64,000 bases of DNA from Octopus vulgaris (GCA_951406725.2 OX597825.1:37634001-37698000); one strand, 5' to 3'. Counted from the stretch's first letter, positions 14,700-30,090 are shown. Made by a program: numbers and translations. Notes: generated by a model from the letters alone, not told the origin.

Positions 14700-15710
14700 G
14701 TAATGTTCAAAAAGTTTAATTAGCACCTTCCTACGTTCGTAGTAACCTTCAAATTGTATTGATTGACAGTTGCGTTGAGTGCTGCAGATCTGTAGTAAAA
14801 TGACTGACTTCTTCCTTTTTATACCTTTTAGAAGGCTCCGACAATCTGAATTTTCCGAATATGATTTTCACCAATCAGCATGCAGCTTAAAATACACGTT
14901 TTACTGATACACGTTTTACTGATATCACTGGAATAGATCCGGCTCTCATTGTAACCAATTACTTGCGGTTTACATGTAATGGTTTTATGAATAAGCAAAC
15001 TTAGTTGGTTTCGGTTGTTGTTATTTGAATCAGCGGGAGTCTTTTGTAATTTGTTTATATTCATATGTTAAAGATATATTTTTCATCCACATCATTACCT
15101 GCTTGTTATATTATTGTTGTTATTTCCGCTCAGAACAGGTTTGGACATTTTAATGAAGCGTTTTTCTTTTATCTTGCTTTTAACATCACTTGTGTCATGT
15201 AGTTTTTGGAAAGGAAAATTAGAAACCATTTCCGACCACATGTTCCTCTACGTTCGCTCAATGCAATTTGGTAAACATTTGTGTTCCAGTTTTGTTGTCT
15301 GTGGACTCAAGAGCATTCCTATAATGTATCCCCTGTCTCGCCAATGTATAGATCTTCGCAATTAAGTCATATAATGCAGTAGGTCAAATTTCTGCTTTTA
15401 CAATTCATATTTGCAATTGTGAAAATCTGTTCATTCTTTGTTCTAATGTATCTACCAGTTTGTATGTATTGACACGTTCCATATCTGTTATTATTACATT
15501 TGGATACAGCGAAAGTTTTATGCTGTTTGTTCTTGTGGATATTTGCTTTTAATAGTTTCGAAGACTCCAGCTTGTCGGAGCCTTCTAAAAGGTATAAAAA
15601 GGAAGAAGTAAGTCATTTTACCACAGTTGTAAACCACCCAACTCAACTGTCAGTCAACACATTTTAAAAGTTGATGATTACTCCGAACTTATGAAAGCGG
15701 TGATAGAAAC

Positions 15711-15715
<5 letters not shown>
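14700..15715 (-). mobile_element. Penelope-like element remnant (Neptune-like GIY-YIG) flanked by ~150-bp inverted repeats
   Basis: The minus strand at 15510-15240 reads KCNNNRYGTCQYIQTG...MNCKSRNLTYCII*LNCEDLYIGETGDTL*ECS*VHRQQ (Cys-rich linker plus GIY-YIG). The arms ~14700-14850 and ~15560-15715 are reverse complements (aaaatgactgacttcttcctttttataccttttagaaggctccgacaa). Confidence 0.8.
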
Positions 15716-15746
<31 letters not shown>

Positions 15747-16167
15747 TAGATATAAATTGTCACAATATGTTAAGGCTGCAAAACAATGAATGGCTTTGAG
15801 ATGCAAGTAAGTTTTGGCTCTGTGGAAACACTTTGTAGTTATCTACATCTCTGTATACTTAAACTATTGAAAGTTTACTGCTTTCACCATCAATTAGAAA
15901 ATAACGTATCAGAAGTTAAAGGAAGAATTGAACATAACAGACACTTTGAAACACGCAAATGCTTTATCATAGAAAAGACGCACCGATTTCAATGTGAATA
16001 ACTAATCTAACTTCATAAAAGTTATTCGATGTGTCTTTTTTTATGATTTCAATGATATCAGTGTTATAAACTCTGCTTAATGTTTAAGACTAGGCTACAT
16101 ACAGACACATTTAATACAAGATTAATAATAAAAAAGCTGCATAACCAAAAGTTATCGCTGGAATCAG

Positions 16168-16263
16168 ACAATAATAATAATGATAATAATAATACTACTA
16201 ATAAAGAAAGAGATGAGGATGCAGATGAAAATAATGATAATAATAACAAACATGATGATACTC

Positions 16264-16301
<38 letters not shown>

Positions 16302-16340
16302 TAATAATAATAATAATAATAATGATAGTAATAACAAAAC

Positions 16341-16420
<80 letters not shown>

Positions 16421-16440
16421 TAATAATAATAACAACAACG
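16168..16440. repeat. (TAA)n microsatellite array
   Basis: Directly visible. Confidence 0.95.
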
Positions 16441-16745
16441 GTAGGAAGATGACGATAGTGGTTGGAGCAAAGATAGCATTTCAAGACAGTTACAATATCA
16501 GTGATTGTGGAAGCACTTGAAATGACCAGTAAGGGAACTAAAAATTAATTGTGAATGATCCTTCGACTACCATTCACGCTCGGAGTATTAAATGGTAACT
16601 GTGAACGCAGACAGACTGTATATGAAAAGAAAGAATGATGGCAGATGATTAATTAATATAGACCATTGTATAAGGAGTGAAAGGAGAACGCTTGGCGAGT
16701 ATTTGATAAATAGTGACGAAGAATTGCTGCAATGTACCGAGATCC
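16440..16745 (+). mobile_element. R4/Dong-like LINE fragment
   Basis: agactgtatatgaaaagaaagaatgatggcaga...gaccattgtataagg...gtatttgataaatagtgacgaaga closely matches 19501-19610. Confidence 0.7.
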
Positions 16746-16871
16746 ATATCATTATTGATAGTTTAAATGCTATAGGTAGATCGATGGTGGTAATGATAAT
16801 CACTGTGGTTATGGAGGCGACACAATGAAAGCACGTTATTTATATGTATATAAATATATACATATATATAT

Positions 16872-16927
<56 letters not shown>

Positions 16928-16974
16928 GTGTATATACATGTGCACGTGTATATACAGATAAAGAGAGGCAGAGA

Positions 16975-19900
16975 GAGATGGGATCTCAATAACAGCTCTC
17001 GTGAGAACCCCATGAACGACTCATGAAATCATGATGCAACACATCAAGGAAAGAATTAACGGTGAGAATGAAGCTATAGTCGATCATGATGAAGGTTTCT
17101 CGCCCGGCATGTCTGAAACCGCCTGCATCAGTGGCACTGATCTGGCCTCGGAAGGTCGTTATGTCACAACTGATCACATACATGGTGTGCGCAAAAACAG
17201 ACGTAAGTAGACGAAGGAAGAGCACAATACACTTATTGAATGTCATGAAAGAGCAATGCTGGAAAGAAGTCGCTGAGTAGTCCGACGTACCTTGAAATTT
17301 TGGATGGAAAAAGGAGATTTTTCCAAAGTCAGAAAATAAACTGATGACCCAACTGAGAATGGTTAGGCAGAGGGTTATTTTAAATGGAGTAGAAATATCT
17401 CGGATTAGTGAGAGTCTGAGAGACCCTACGGATGAGCTACAAAGAATGGTCGGAGTTGAAAACAGAGAGGTAGGAGTTAAAAGCAGAGAGAAGTTTAGAA
17501 AGGAGGAACAGGGAAATGGTGATGGGGCTGTTAAGGATGAGGAACAGGAACGTTATACAGTGAACCCTGATACTGTGGTGGGTGACATGCAGGGGAAATG
17601 AACCAACTAGATAATTAATTGCTTGAAATTCAAAGACGACTCACCGAATTGATGAATGCTCCAGAAGAAAAAATTCCCATGAATATGAGAAGGGTAGATA
17701 GGATTATGATAAATAAAGTAACACAAACGATAAATACTGTTATACAATACATGCAGACAGAGGATTTAACACTACTTGCGCTACTTGCTGAAGAGAAATT
17801 ACAACTTAAGAAAACAAAAAATGGTGGAGCGAAAGAACCATGGTGGGAACAACACATTGAAAGGGACATAATGCGGGCAAGGCAAGATCTAGGTAAAATT
17901 GAGCAATGGTTAAGAGGAAACTGATAAAATGGGAAAAAGACCGACCAAGAAATATAAAATACGGAAGAACGGGTTTAATGCAGTAATAGAGCAGTTAAAA
18001 CAAATGATCATGGCAAAAAGTCAGAAGATCAGAAGATTTGTGAACAGAAATAAGCAGTTCGAGGAAAACAGATTCTTCAAAAATAACCCGAAATAATTCT
18101 TCCGAACTAGAAGGAAACAATGGGAAAAAATGTTGTTCCTGATGCAAATCAAGCCAAGGAGATCTGGAGCGAGTTATGGGGGAACAATGAAGTGCATAAA
18201 AGGGATGCAATGTGGATAGAATCTATCACGACAGAATTACAAGGAGGAAAAAACAAAGGAATATTGTCATAAGCACAGGTGACGTGAAAGAAGTAGTTAA
18301 AGTGCCTAGCTGGAAAGCCCCCGGACCAGATGGGATTCATGGCTTTTGACTGAAGAGATTTTACGCGGTGCATGAAAGACTAGCAGCCCAATTAAATGAG
18401 TGTGTCCAGAAAGTTACAGTCCCTGAGTGGATGGTGGCTGGGAGGAAAATACTTATTATGAAAGATAGATGAAAGTGGAATATTGGGAATATTGTGGGAA
18501 ACTACCGTCCCATAGCATGCCTAAACATAATCTGGAAGATACTCACCAGAATATGTGCGGCAAAGACATGTACTTATCTGGGACAGGAAGAAATACTACC
18601 AAGGGAAGAAAAAGGATGTAGGAAGAGTTCTCAGGGTACCAAGGATCACCTGGTCATCAATAAAACAGTTTTGAGGCATTGTAAAAAACATCATACAAAC
18701 ATCTATTGCTTGGATTGGCTTTAAAAATACAAATGATATGATGCTACATTTTTAGAACGTTGAATGCTTACAGATATTTGGTGTTGCTGACACCATCACA
18801 AATTTTCTGATGCATAGTATGAATGAGTGGAAAACCAAATTGTACTCAAGTAATGTATTCCATGGATAAGTTACTTTTAAAAGGGGAAATCTTCCCAGAT
18901 GACTCGTTTTCTCCGTTACTATTTGTAATTGCACTAATACCCATAAAAATGACACTTAGGAAAGTTAAGACGGGTTACCGATGTGGGAAGAAAAGTCCAT
19001 CACTGAGCCATCTTTTGTTTATGGATGACCTGAAATTGTTTGGGAAATTTAAAAAAAACAGATAGATTCCTTAACTAAAACAGTCCAGAATGTGTGGTAG
19101 GGACATCAATATGGGATTTGGGCTTACCAAATGCTCAGTACTTAATATGAAAAGAGGAAAGAAAGCAGCCTGTAGAGGATTGCGATTACCATCAGGAGAG
19201 ATCATGAGTGAACCCGACGGTAGTGGTTATAGATATTTAGGGATTTTGGAGCCGGATGACATTCTACACAGAAAAATGAAAGAGAAGGTGAGAGAGGCGT
19301 ATCAGAAAAGGCTGAAGATGGTGTTGAAATCGAACCTGAATGCCAAAAATTTGATTACCAGAATGAATATCTGGGCATTTGTAATGGTCAAATATAGTGC
19401 GTCTATCCTCAAATAAACTAAGGAGGAAATATCAACAGATAGATGCACAAAAAAGATGATGGCACTGCATGGGGCGCAACACAGTAAAGCAAACGTAATC
19501 AGACTGTATAGGAAAAGAAAGAATGGTAGCAGAGGACTAATTAGTATAGAGCATTGTATAAGGTGTGTAAAAAGAACGCTTGCCAAGTATTTGATAAATA
19601 GTGATGAAGACCTGCTACAATATGCTGCGAAAAATATGGGTGTAAATTCAGATAAAATGATGGACAGGAAGAGTTTGCGCGAATAGCTCAGGAGAAGAGA
19701 AGACCTTCTTGAAAGAGAATGCATGGACAGTTTGAAGGGAATACACGGGACCTTAAGGATAATACAGCATCGTGGACATAGCTTGAGCGAGGGGATTTGA
19801 AGCGTATCATCGAAAGCCTGATCATTGCTGTATACGGCTAGGCTCTCGCTACCAATTCAGTGAAGTATAACATCTATAAAACTTCTGACACCCAGAAATG

Positions 19901-20529
19901 CAAACTCTGTGGAAAGAGCGTGGAAAAATGTGACCCACTGGATAAGTAGATGTGAGAGCGTTGCGCATAAAGGATACAAGCGCTGCCATGATAAATATTT
20001 TGTGTATCTTCATCGGCTCTTATGCCATCAATACTAATATGAAGTAACAGAACTGGTATGAGCGTGTACCAAATAAAGTTATGCAGGAGGATGGAAAAGT
20101 AACGATACTCTGGGACTATGATTTTCAGGCGGATCGTGTTATCGAACATTGTCGGCCGGATATTGTTCTATTGAGTAAAAGAGTCAAATACTGATGTAGC
20201 CATACCAAATGACATATGTATTACGATTAAAGAGTTTGAAAATATCATCACGTACTCTGAATTGAAAGTGGAAATGGCTAGACTGTATGGGTTGCGAGAG
20301 GGTAATGTAAAAGTGATACCAGTGGTGACTGGTGCGATAGGCTCAATCCTATGGAAACTTCAAGGCTTCTTAAGGCAACTGGACATCCCCTGCAAAATTG
20401 ATGTCTTGCTTAAAACAGCCTTATTGGGCCCAGCGCGCATCTTAAGGTAACTATTTTCTGTCTGAAGTCCTTGTGACTTGACAGATGACTAAAAATTCCG
20501 GTGCATTTTACCTACACTGTGTTACGAAG

Positions 20530-20530
<1 letters not shown>
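16975..20530 (+). mobile_element. Near full-length decayed R4/Dong-type RLE LINE ending in (TAA)n
   Basis: Ordered motifs: KEPWW, WKAPGPDGIHGF, NYRPIACLNIIWK, QGTKDHL, DSFSPLLF, SHLLFMDDLKLF, YRYLGI, RGLISIEHC, HGQF, CKLC, RPDI, KTALLGPARILR. (TAA)n follows from 20531. Many stops and frameshifts. Confidence 0.9.
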
Positions 20531-20595
<65 letters not shown>

Positions 20596-20689
20596 CAACA
20601 ATAATAATAATTTCTTTTATCATGCAATTATGGCAATATCAATGACAATATTTTTACATAAATGGGGCGGTTACATCGCTTAAAAGAGG

Positions 20690-21330
20690 CTGGACAATAA
20701 GGATGTGATAAAAGATACTATGGGAACACAAACCACCCCCAGTGCTTGAAAATGACCACATCTCACTCCTCTGGAACTTCACCATTGCTAATAAACAAAA
20801 AGATGCAACGCACAAAAGCTATATCACTCAGCAGTCTGGAAGGCAATGAAAGGCTTTTTTAGTATCAAAAGTTATTGGGTTAATCAGAGTAATAGACAAG
20901 ATGTCGTAGTAACAAAGAAAAAATTGTTATGATACGAGGTATGAAGATGAATCTAGTAAAAATGCTAGAAAGGGCAGCTCCAGAAAACAGTATTATTAGG
21001 TACAGCTAGGATACTTGATGTGAAGGCAAATTTACCTTCTCGGTATCATGTTGACTCATTCCCGGTTTCCAGGACAGATAAATCCCCCACCTGGGGTGGG
21101 GACGCCGCTCCGTCGCAGGATTATTCATTTTTGACCGCTGGGTGGACCGGAGCAACGAGAAATGAAGGGTTTTGCTCAAGAACACAACGCGTCGTCCGTT
21201 TCAGCAATCGAAACCACAACCTTACGGTCATGAGCCCAATACCATAATCACTACGCCATGCGCCTCCACTTGTTAGGATACTTAGGAATGTTTTTGGCAT
21301 TTAACGTTACTTGTTGTGGCCCGATGTTCG
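20690..21330 (+). mobile_element. R4-like LINE 3' (RLE) fragment interrupted by a SINE
   Basis: QKTVLLGTARIL|RNVFGI* is split by the SINE at 21017-21271. Confidence 0.65.
21017..21271 (-). mobile_element. tRNA-derived SINE family C (CORE/V-like body) with 10-bp TSD
   Basis: Minus-strand head ggaggcgcaTGGCGTAGTGatt...GGTTTCGATTgc, then gtgttcttgagcaaaac...gctccggtccacccagc. TAGGATACTT is duplicated at 21007-21016 and 21274-21283. Confidence 0.85.
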
Positions 21331-24300
21331 GAATCTTTACCAACAATCTAATCTTTTGTTCATAAATGAAATAACCATAATAATTAAGATAATTTCTTTT
21401 ATTTGCAACATGGGCATAGATGAGAGATACATCACAAGGGCAGACAACAGTTTATGTGGGATTTGCATAAAGGATGAGAGAAAGGAATGAAAAAAGCAAT
21501 GAATTGCGATAAAAGTGTAGGCAGTATATAAGATATGTGATAGCATACAAGATGCAATCTTCTTCATACAGGAGGAAGTCTAACTACGGTCAGTGAAGGA
21601 ACCCCACTGATACAAGTCTACTCTGGTCACTTCAAAAGTAAGAACCTTCTCTCCTCATCTCCATAATAATGATAATATTTGGAGTAGAAATAACTATGGT
21701 ACAAAAGCAACACACAAAATAAAAGTTCCGGATGAATAAAAATTGAAGAAGAAATATACCTATTGAGCCTTCAATTTGAAAGAAATTTCAAAGAAGAAAG
21801 AGCTGTGTATGCATACCAATAAGGAAAAAAGTTACTTAAAATTTCTATTTACTCTACCTAAACAACACATTAAAAACGAAAATCTTACGAATACTGAATT
21901 TTGAGAAAACATGCTTTGAAATAACTAAATTGATTTTTATAATTTGTTGTATTAAATATATGCCGATTTACGTTTGACTGATATCTGCACCGACAAGCGA
22001 CTAACAATTTAAATAGAACACACAACTCTTCACACTGAAACACTCTTAGACTATATTAAAAATCAGAAAATTTCAATCCTCTAAACTGTGGCAAAGAACT
22101 TAAATATTTCCGGAAGTATGATTTGACAGAAGATGAAAGTGTGATGTGCATTTGCAAAACGTATGAAAAATCAAGCATGTAAAATTCAGTATGAAGTAAA
22201 ACTAACGAAGCGATATCCAATAAAAATTACTACAATATAAACAATGATTGTGAATTCTCTCCCTAGCATTCCACATTACAAAGAAAAGCAACATTTGATG
22301 AAATAAATAGCAAACACAACTTCACCAGATGAACGGATACCAAACATTTGCTGTTCCAACTTGTTATGTTTGGGAAAAATTATCAACATGAAACAAAATG
22401 AACGCCATTGCTACTAGCACGCTTAGGAAAAACATGTGAAAAAACTAAACACGGTTTGCAAATATTTGCTCAGTAACACTCTTGAGCCTCTACCACAAAG
22501 GCATACTAATTTATTTTTGTGTTACTTCTATAATACCGCAACGCTTTTTCGTCTGAATTAAGCCACCGCATACCACCTCCCAACTTGCTCGTTAGTCATA
22601 TGGTTCTCTTCCTCTGCTCAACATTGTCTGTCTAGATGTCACTAGTTGTCTGTATGTATACAATAAGTAAACACACACACATACAAATCATAATAATAAT
22701 GATAACGTAATACGATAGAGTTGAGTGACATTAATATATATTAATATATAAAAGAGATAACATTTACATTAAAAGAAATAAACCAATGATAGTTGATCAC
22801 ATAGCAATATCCGGAAATGAATTAAACATTGTAAATTTTCTGAGAATTTCGATCAAAAAGAAAATTATGCTGCAAAATAAGGTGTAGCTGTATAAATATG
22901 CGTGAGCGCTCCGTACTGTATTCATTAAATTCTTAGAATTATTTGTATTAGTTTGTTTCCAGATGTAGTCGTATGAGTCATACGTTAAATAAAGTGAATC
23001 GACAGAGTGGTGAGTAACTTCACTTTCAGGATGGGGTTCCCCACTATTTGATCTGGACTTTCATCTTTCTGGATTAGATTAAGAAAATTACCAGACGACA
23101 TACTTGTGGACATGCGTTTATACCAGAAATTGCTAGTAGTATTGTTATTATTTTTTTCTTGTCCCTTTGATACGTAAAGAGTTAGCTTTAAAAAACATCT
23201 TTTGTAATGTTTCTACATCATATATATGTACTGTCTATTATTGGTAGGTGAGTCTGCTTTACATTTATTGTGTTCTCGTGAGTTACAAATGTGTACTTTC
23301 TGCATGTTTTAAATGTATTTCAACGAAAGCTGCTAATAACAAGACATTTTAGTTTCCAGTTTAAGCATTCAAATCTTCTTCATATCTTGATAATTCCTCC
23401 GCATAAAATAACATCTGGTACTTCTTAAGAGACCATTCCTTTCTGGAGGTTCCCCTGGACAAGATCTGTCCAATTAACATTGATCTCCATAGCTATATGG
23501 ATTTGTGTACCCATTACATGGACATATTACCCTTCCTTGGAACATTTTCTAATGTAAGTGGCTCTAACACTTTTCTGTTTATTCATTCTCTTTGGGTGAC
23601 ATGATGCAGGAATGATGTAAACCTTACCTACACTATAGAAGAAATAAAAGCAGATGAACAATGCACATTTCCGTTTGATCCCAAAATGTCGGCAATAAGC
23701 TTATTCTGATTTTAAAGCAAATGTGCAATTTTATACATGTAAAAGAATCAATAGATTAGGTGAACGTAAATACCAAGTGTATATTTGGAGTTCCAAAACT
23801 CGTGTGAGTAGCTTTGGAATGAAAACATCTGTTTCAAGATTACAAAATATCAACGTATATTTCATATAATTATTATGAGTTCACTGCACTGTAAAATTGT
23901 AGCGCAACACAGGTAATAACATTGAGATGAAAGTATGATGTATAAAATATGGAGGTATATTTTAAGATAAAGCAGATACGCAGAAATAGTGATATAATAC
24001 TTAGCATAAGTGTTACACAAAGACGAAACCAATATAAATGCGGTGCTGTGATCTCATACTTAAAGTAGAAACGTAATTTACGTATACTCATCTTCAATCG
24101 AAATACTTCATGGTTGCATCAAATAACAGTAGAATAAAGTTTTAGAATGATCAATATCTCAATTCCCCTTAGAGAGAAACAATAATGCGTAGAATGCACG
24201 AGTAGAGTAGGTAATACGTAAAATAATAGTAAAAAAGATTAAGGCGAACTCATTGCAACACAGGCAATAAGTAAGTACATCCCAGCAGGTTTCTCTCAAA

Positions 24301-25498
24301 AATATCTTTTAAAGAAATGATCTGAGAAACTGTTGCCAATTGTAACATGCCTCTCAGTGTTAGTTAAAAACAATAAAATCTTGTATCTATTGGAACCGTG
24401 TATATTTAGTTAATTGCTGTTGTATTATGAAATATACGCACTTGGGAGCATATATAGTCACATAATGCGTATATTTATAAGAACAAAACAAAGACAGGAA
24501 AGAAGTCACAGAAATAAAAGAGAGATAAAACAAGTACTAAAAGGAACACATAATGCGCTGCATGAAATAAATACCTAGAAGATCTTGATTTATCTAAAAA
24601 AATCTTAACGTTCTTTTACGAGATCAAATCAACAGGTTGTTTTTAAATAAAGTCCTTTAGCATAACTAGAAATCGAGGATAATTTAGGAATCAATAGGGG
24701 AAGCGTTATTAGTATAAAGAACGAAAATCGATTGCGAAGAAAACCTGAAATATCAAATAATTGATGAGGATGATGTCTAAATTCATTGATAGTGGATAGT
24801 ATTTTATCTCTAAAAGTAAATCATTTACTTCCAAGCAATTGGTGTTGTTAATGCACGTAAAATATGTCAGAAACATTGTACAGAAAGTCCTTACAAGCAT
24901 ATTCAACTTCCGGTAGTTTCTGGAATGTAAGACGACCCTTAAAGATTAATACAGAACCAATCCTTGAACAGATAACCTACTATTATGAAGAACATTGACA
25001 TGCAACGTTGTAGCACAATGTATTCACAGATGCAAAAGTAAACCATTCCAAACAAAGGAGCGTAAAAGTTGTAGATGTCAAAAGAGAATATTGTATAATG
25101 TTCTCAATAAAGAATCTGTATAAAAAAAGGATGGCGGAAACCACGTATAGAAAACTATTGAAAATGCTTTGAAACGAATTGAAGGAATTTCATATTCATA
25201 ATATTTACAGCCAACAGGGAAATAAGACATGTTACACTACATAAGACTGAAAAAAAAATATTCCTATTCCCCGATACATATAGTATACCGCGTGACCCAC
25301 TATCCTTTTATATTTGTGTTTACTTAATATGTAAGTACTGTGTTGAAACTACGTCTGTGTGGGGTTTGTCTAGGAAAATATAAATATTACAGTGCGTCAA
25401 ATAGTATATAACTATCCCCCAAAGATGTGTAGACTATACTAAGGTTTGGGAATTCTACCAAGACTACTAAAATCAAAAATAGGATAATCGGGAGAGCG

Positions 25499-25543
<45 letters not shown>

Positions 25544-27329
25544 AACAATAGATAGGGAGAGAAGGAAGAACAGGCGGATAACAATGTATATAGAGACGTG
25601 CGATTTGTACATATAAACGTCCTTGAGAAGCAGGGACTATACGGTATGAAATAAAATAAGACTGCCATAGACAAATTAAATTAGAATTAAGTGTAGAACA
25701 AAACGGAACAATCAGGCTGTTTATCATAAACAGACTAGCTAGCCTCATAAATTAAGTGCGATTATGTTGTAATTAATTGCAAATGAAGTAAACTACGAAT
25801 AAACGGATCATAACTGTATCGTAAACACATTACATATAAGAATAACAACTATGTCACAACACAAATGGAAACGTCCTGCAAAAAGGGCGAACATTATAAT
25901 ACACTGAGCTGAATAATTTCAATTAATAAAAATTACATCCACATCCTTAGCTAACTAAAGAATTCAGGTCAATAAATGCAAAAAGGAAAACCCCTCAAAT
26001 GAAATTAATCGCAACGTATTCATCAAACTTGCATGTGGGTCGGTATTAGGGTATGAATATGATATTTTTGCGAATGGTAATGAGTATGGCTATGAGCAGG
26101 AGCTTACGAAACCAACTTAGGAAATAACAGTACGAAGTACGCTGCAATATCTTAAAATTTGCTGGCAACTTAATGAAGTTCAAAGCCTCGTATATTAGGG
26201 TATATTCTGAAAATTGATGAAGCGAAACCTTAATAGTGGGAAATGGAATTTTCTCTATATGAAATGTAAATAACTATATTGACGGGTACTTTCATCAAAT
26301 GCAATATCAAATGCAACTCAGCCATTTATTCTGTATATAAAGAATATATTATATCATGAAGAACGAAATTTCTCTTACATCACATGCTACTGGAAATGTA
26401 CTCTGAATAATGTACAACGAAGTGAGATAATATCTGATAAAACCCAAAACATGTTCCTCAAGACTGAATCGATTTCAATCAATAAACTACAGGACATGAT
26501 GTCTTCTGTGTTAAGCAATCACAATAGGGACTATAACATAAAGCAAACACGGATGTGTATAACCTTCATTACATAATTGCGTGTAATGGAGAGAAATCCT
26601 TTCTAAGTCAATTCCTGCGAGGATGAACGGGTTTGAAGTTGTTGTTTAGCTTCGTATCTACCCGGTTGTAGCGGAAATGCGATTAAAAAATGTCACCCTT
26701 ATCCAGTTATACGATTTGTACACGATATATTTTAGAGTTTACGTTATAGAATGTACTCCGTACTTTTTAATTCTGTATGGTGAGTTTTGAGGGATGTTCG
26801 GTAGTTATCTCTGGCAGGTTATACGGGACGTCGTGGAGGCTTCCTCCTGTCCTAGTTTGTCTAGTATTCAGCAGCGATTTCTGTTGGGCTTCATAACCAC
26901 GCATATATCATTCATTAACACGTCCAAGTTAGACGAAGCAGTCAACTAAATTAACTTTACTAGTATAGTGATAAGAAGCCATTCACACTGATATGCATAA
27001 CTTTTAAAACGATGCGAAGATCTGAGTTTCCTGATATACAGTACTTGACAATATAACCGAATAAATGGGTAAAAATAAATACTGAGCACCAATAAGTACT
27101 TGATTATATGGTTCTTAGATGTGTAACTTTACCATAAAATTTCAGTACAGAGCCACATCAGCCCTGATGATAAAGACCTATTCTATAATTCCCATTCATG
27201 GTATTCCAAGATTAATGCTTAATGCATGATCTACATTAAACTGCATGATCTAATGGGTTATTTGTAATATGAAATATATTTAGCTGTTATTTTTAGTACA
27301 CCGACTGAACACTTAGCTGTTAACTCAAT

Positions 27330-27730
27330 GGTTCGTGACCAATGGGGAAATATATTTACTGGTCAAGAGTATAATGATATATTAGCTTATCAAACACCAT
27401 CAATAGAAACAACAAAATTACAGCTTTCTAGACTATGACTGTGCTCAATTATAAGGATCAAAGAAAAACTCTCAGACATTATTATTAAAGAGTAACGTAG
27501 AAAATAATGTCTCTTTATCGACATATCGATTCGTTCTGACCAGGAATTGGCTCGGAATATAGGATATTCAAGATGGAGATGAAACTTATGTGGCGAATGG
27601 ATGTGAAATTAATTTCATTGTAATTGGAGCCTTAGGAGTAGTTGAAACAACAACAAATCTGTACATTCTATATTAGATAACGTTACTAAGAGCGGACCAA
27701 ATCTTATATATGTAGGGATCTTTTCATAAA
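27330..27730 (+). mobile_element. Very decayed RLE-LINE 3' fragment
   Basis: Remnants of PDII...LFIDISI and VIGALG resemble the endonuclease end of 31321-32959. Confidence 0.5.
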
Positions 27731-30090
27731 TTCAATAGCATGACATACATTTACACACACACACACACAGACACACACACAAACAAACACACGCATACAA
27801 ACACACAAACACACACGCGCGTGTACAGAAACACTCACATACACACATACACGAACACACACACCCAGATACACAAAGATGTATTAGATGCTTGCGTCTC
27901 ACATTGAGCAAAGGTTTCCATTTCTAGGTAAAACACGATAAAAGAGACGCGTCAAATAATAGTAATAATAATAAGAAGAATAAAAATAACAATAATAATA
28001 ATAATAATGATAATAATAATAATAATAGTTTCTTGCAAATGCTCATTTTATAGAGCAACAGCGATCTCATCAAAATAGCCACAATAGTAGTAGTAGTCGT
28101 AGTAGTAGTCGTTGTAGCAGTAGTAGTCGTAGTTGTAGCAGCAGCCGCAGAAGTTGTTGTGAGTAAAATAAGTATTGAAAGTGTGCAAAATAATTTCAAA
28201 GAAGCATCTAGTGTAAGAGAATGACCATTTCCTTGAGTGCTTTGCAAATTGATATAACGCTTCAAAAAGAATGAAAATATGTGGCAAGAAAGAAAAGGAA
28301 AACTCTCCAAACAAATATTGAAAATGACATTCACAAAAGTGAAATAAAAAAAAAATGAAAACGCAAAATAACAGAAATAAAAAAAAAAACTCTGACTGTC
28401 AGGAGTGAATAAAAATATTAAAGTAATAAAAGCTGTATTTTCCAGGTTTTACGTATGTGTTTTGAAAAATAAAGCAAAAGCCGAAATAAAACGCAATTCT
28501 GAAGTTTGCATATGACATACATAAAAAAATAAATAAAATAAACAAACCGGTAGTCATTGTGGTATATTAAAACCAAGGAAACATAAATTCAATATTGATG
28601 CTAAGAAAGAGGTATTTAAAAGCCTATCTCTAGGAATGAAAGTGCTTTTGACAATATCTTATAGTTTCTAAAAAGAGAAATAAACCTGAAACAAATAGTA
28701 GAGGAAGAATATATACAACCGCAAACGAAATTACGCACAAACTTAGAAGGAATACTTTTTTATCAATATATATGTATTTTCTGTTTTTATTTTAAATTGG
28801 TCTCTCGACTTTTTCAAAGAATATTGCACAGCAACAGGAACAATACAGTCAAGAATCGTAATAATAGCAACAGTAAATAAACTAATTATATTAGTAATTA
28901 TGAACAGGTTCACTGAAATGTAAAGAGACACACAGACTCCAGCACACACTTGTGTAACTACATACAAGTAAACGAAGATATTCGTACACACATATATATA
29001 TATAAAATACATATATGTATATACACATACCAATATAAATATATACACACACACATATATATATATAAACATTTATATATATTTGTATGTATATGTGTAT
29101 ATATATATACACACATACATGCCCATATGTGTATGTATATATAAGTACGCATACATATGTGTATTTTTGTGTGGGCATACGTATGTGTACATCTTTTAAA
29201 TATATTTTTTTTCTTTAAAACATCATCTTATTTCAGTAATAAGCAAAGGAAAAATTAGAAGTTTGGTATTACCTAGAGAATGCACATCCCACTACTGTAG
29301 ATTGTTGATTTTAATTATATTATTGTATATATCTATGAGCCTCTACGTTCTGAGCTCAAATGTTATCAGCGAGAATGTTTTCTTTTTTATTTAAAAATAT
29401 ATGAAACATATGGTTACAACCGAATCCTCACATACTTTTTATACTTAAACTTGTTTAAATCACTGAAGGGCCTCCGTACTGGAACACACGAAACTAGAAG
29501 ATGTTTAGTATCTATATGGAGCTCAGTTTTGGTAGGACTGATTAGCCTTCTTTTAGAGTTATTAAAGAGCCGAAGTTTGTGATATTCACATCTAATGCAT
29601 GTTATATGCAGGCTTAAATCTATAGTCTACTTCGCTGATAGAAGCAAATGCTTTGGTCTCAAATTGTATGGAAATATAGTCGTTAATACCAAATATTTTG
29701 CACATAGTGCTACTGATATTGATCAATAGGCTGAGATACAAGTTTACATCTATTGCGCGGAAAATTTTGGCTCATCTATCTTCTTAATGTTATAACAAAC
29801 GCATTTAATGAGGTTTGAAAGATGTTCTAGGTTTTCTTCTCAACTGTTCCATACATTCTTTGTCATTTATTAGGATTGCTCGGTTACAAGAGAAAACTTG
29901 TTATATCCTGGGGTACGTTTACAAAAGAAACATGCATGCTATCTTATGCCTATTATCGATACAGAACAATTCCTGGGGTGACGATTTTAGGTGATTTTGG
30001 TTTGAAGTCTGAAAGATATCCGTCAGACGTATATATTTTCTTCTGTTTTTTTTCCATCTGTATACATTGCCCCTCTTCAAAAAGGAGGGG

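Noticed and set aside
17090-17160. HDV-like ribozyme at the 5' end of the R4 element
   Set aside because: Hairpins are present (ggtttc/gaaacc; atcagt/actgat), but I could not build the nested double pseudoknot.
23400-23640. Candidate further exons of the Ig gene (also 14160-14300, 49200-49330, 52960-53230)
   Set aside because: Higher-complexity sequence, but the frames I read contain stops or lack Ig motifs and consistent splice sites.
27160-27185. gccCTGATGAtaaagac
   Set aside because: Isolated core word within a decayed repeat; no stem II/GAAA/stem I.
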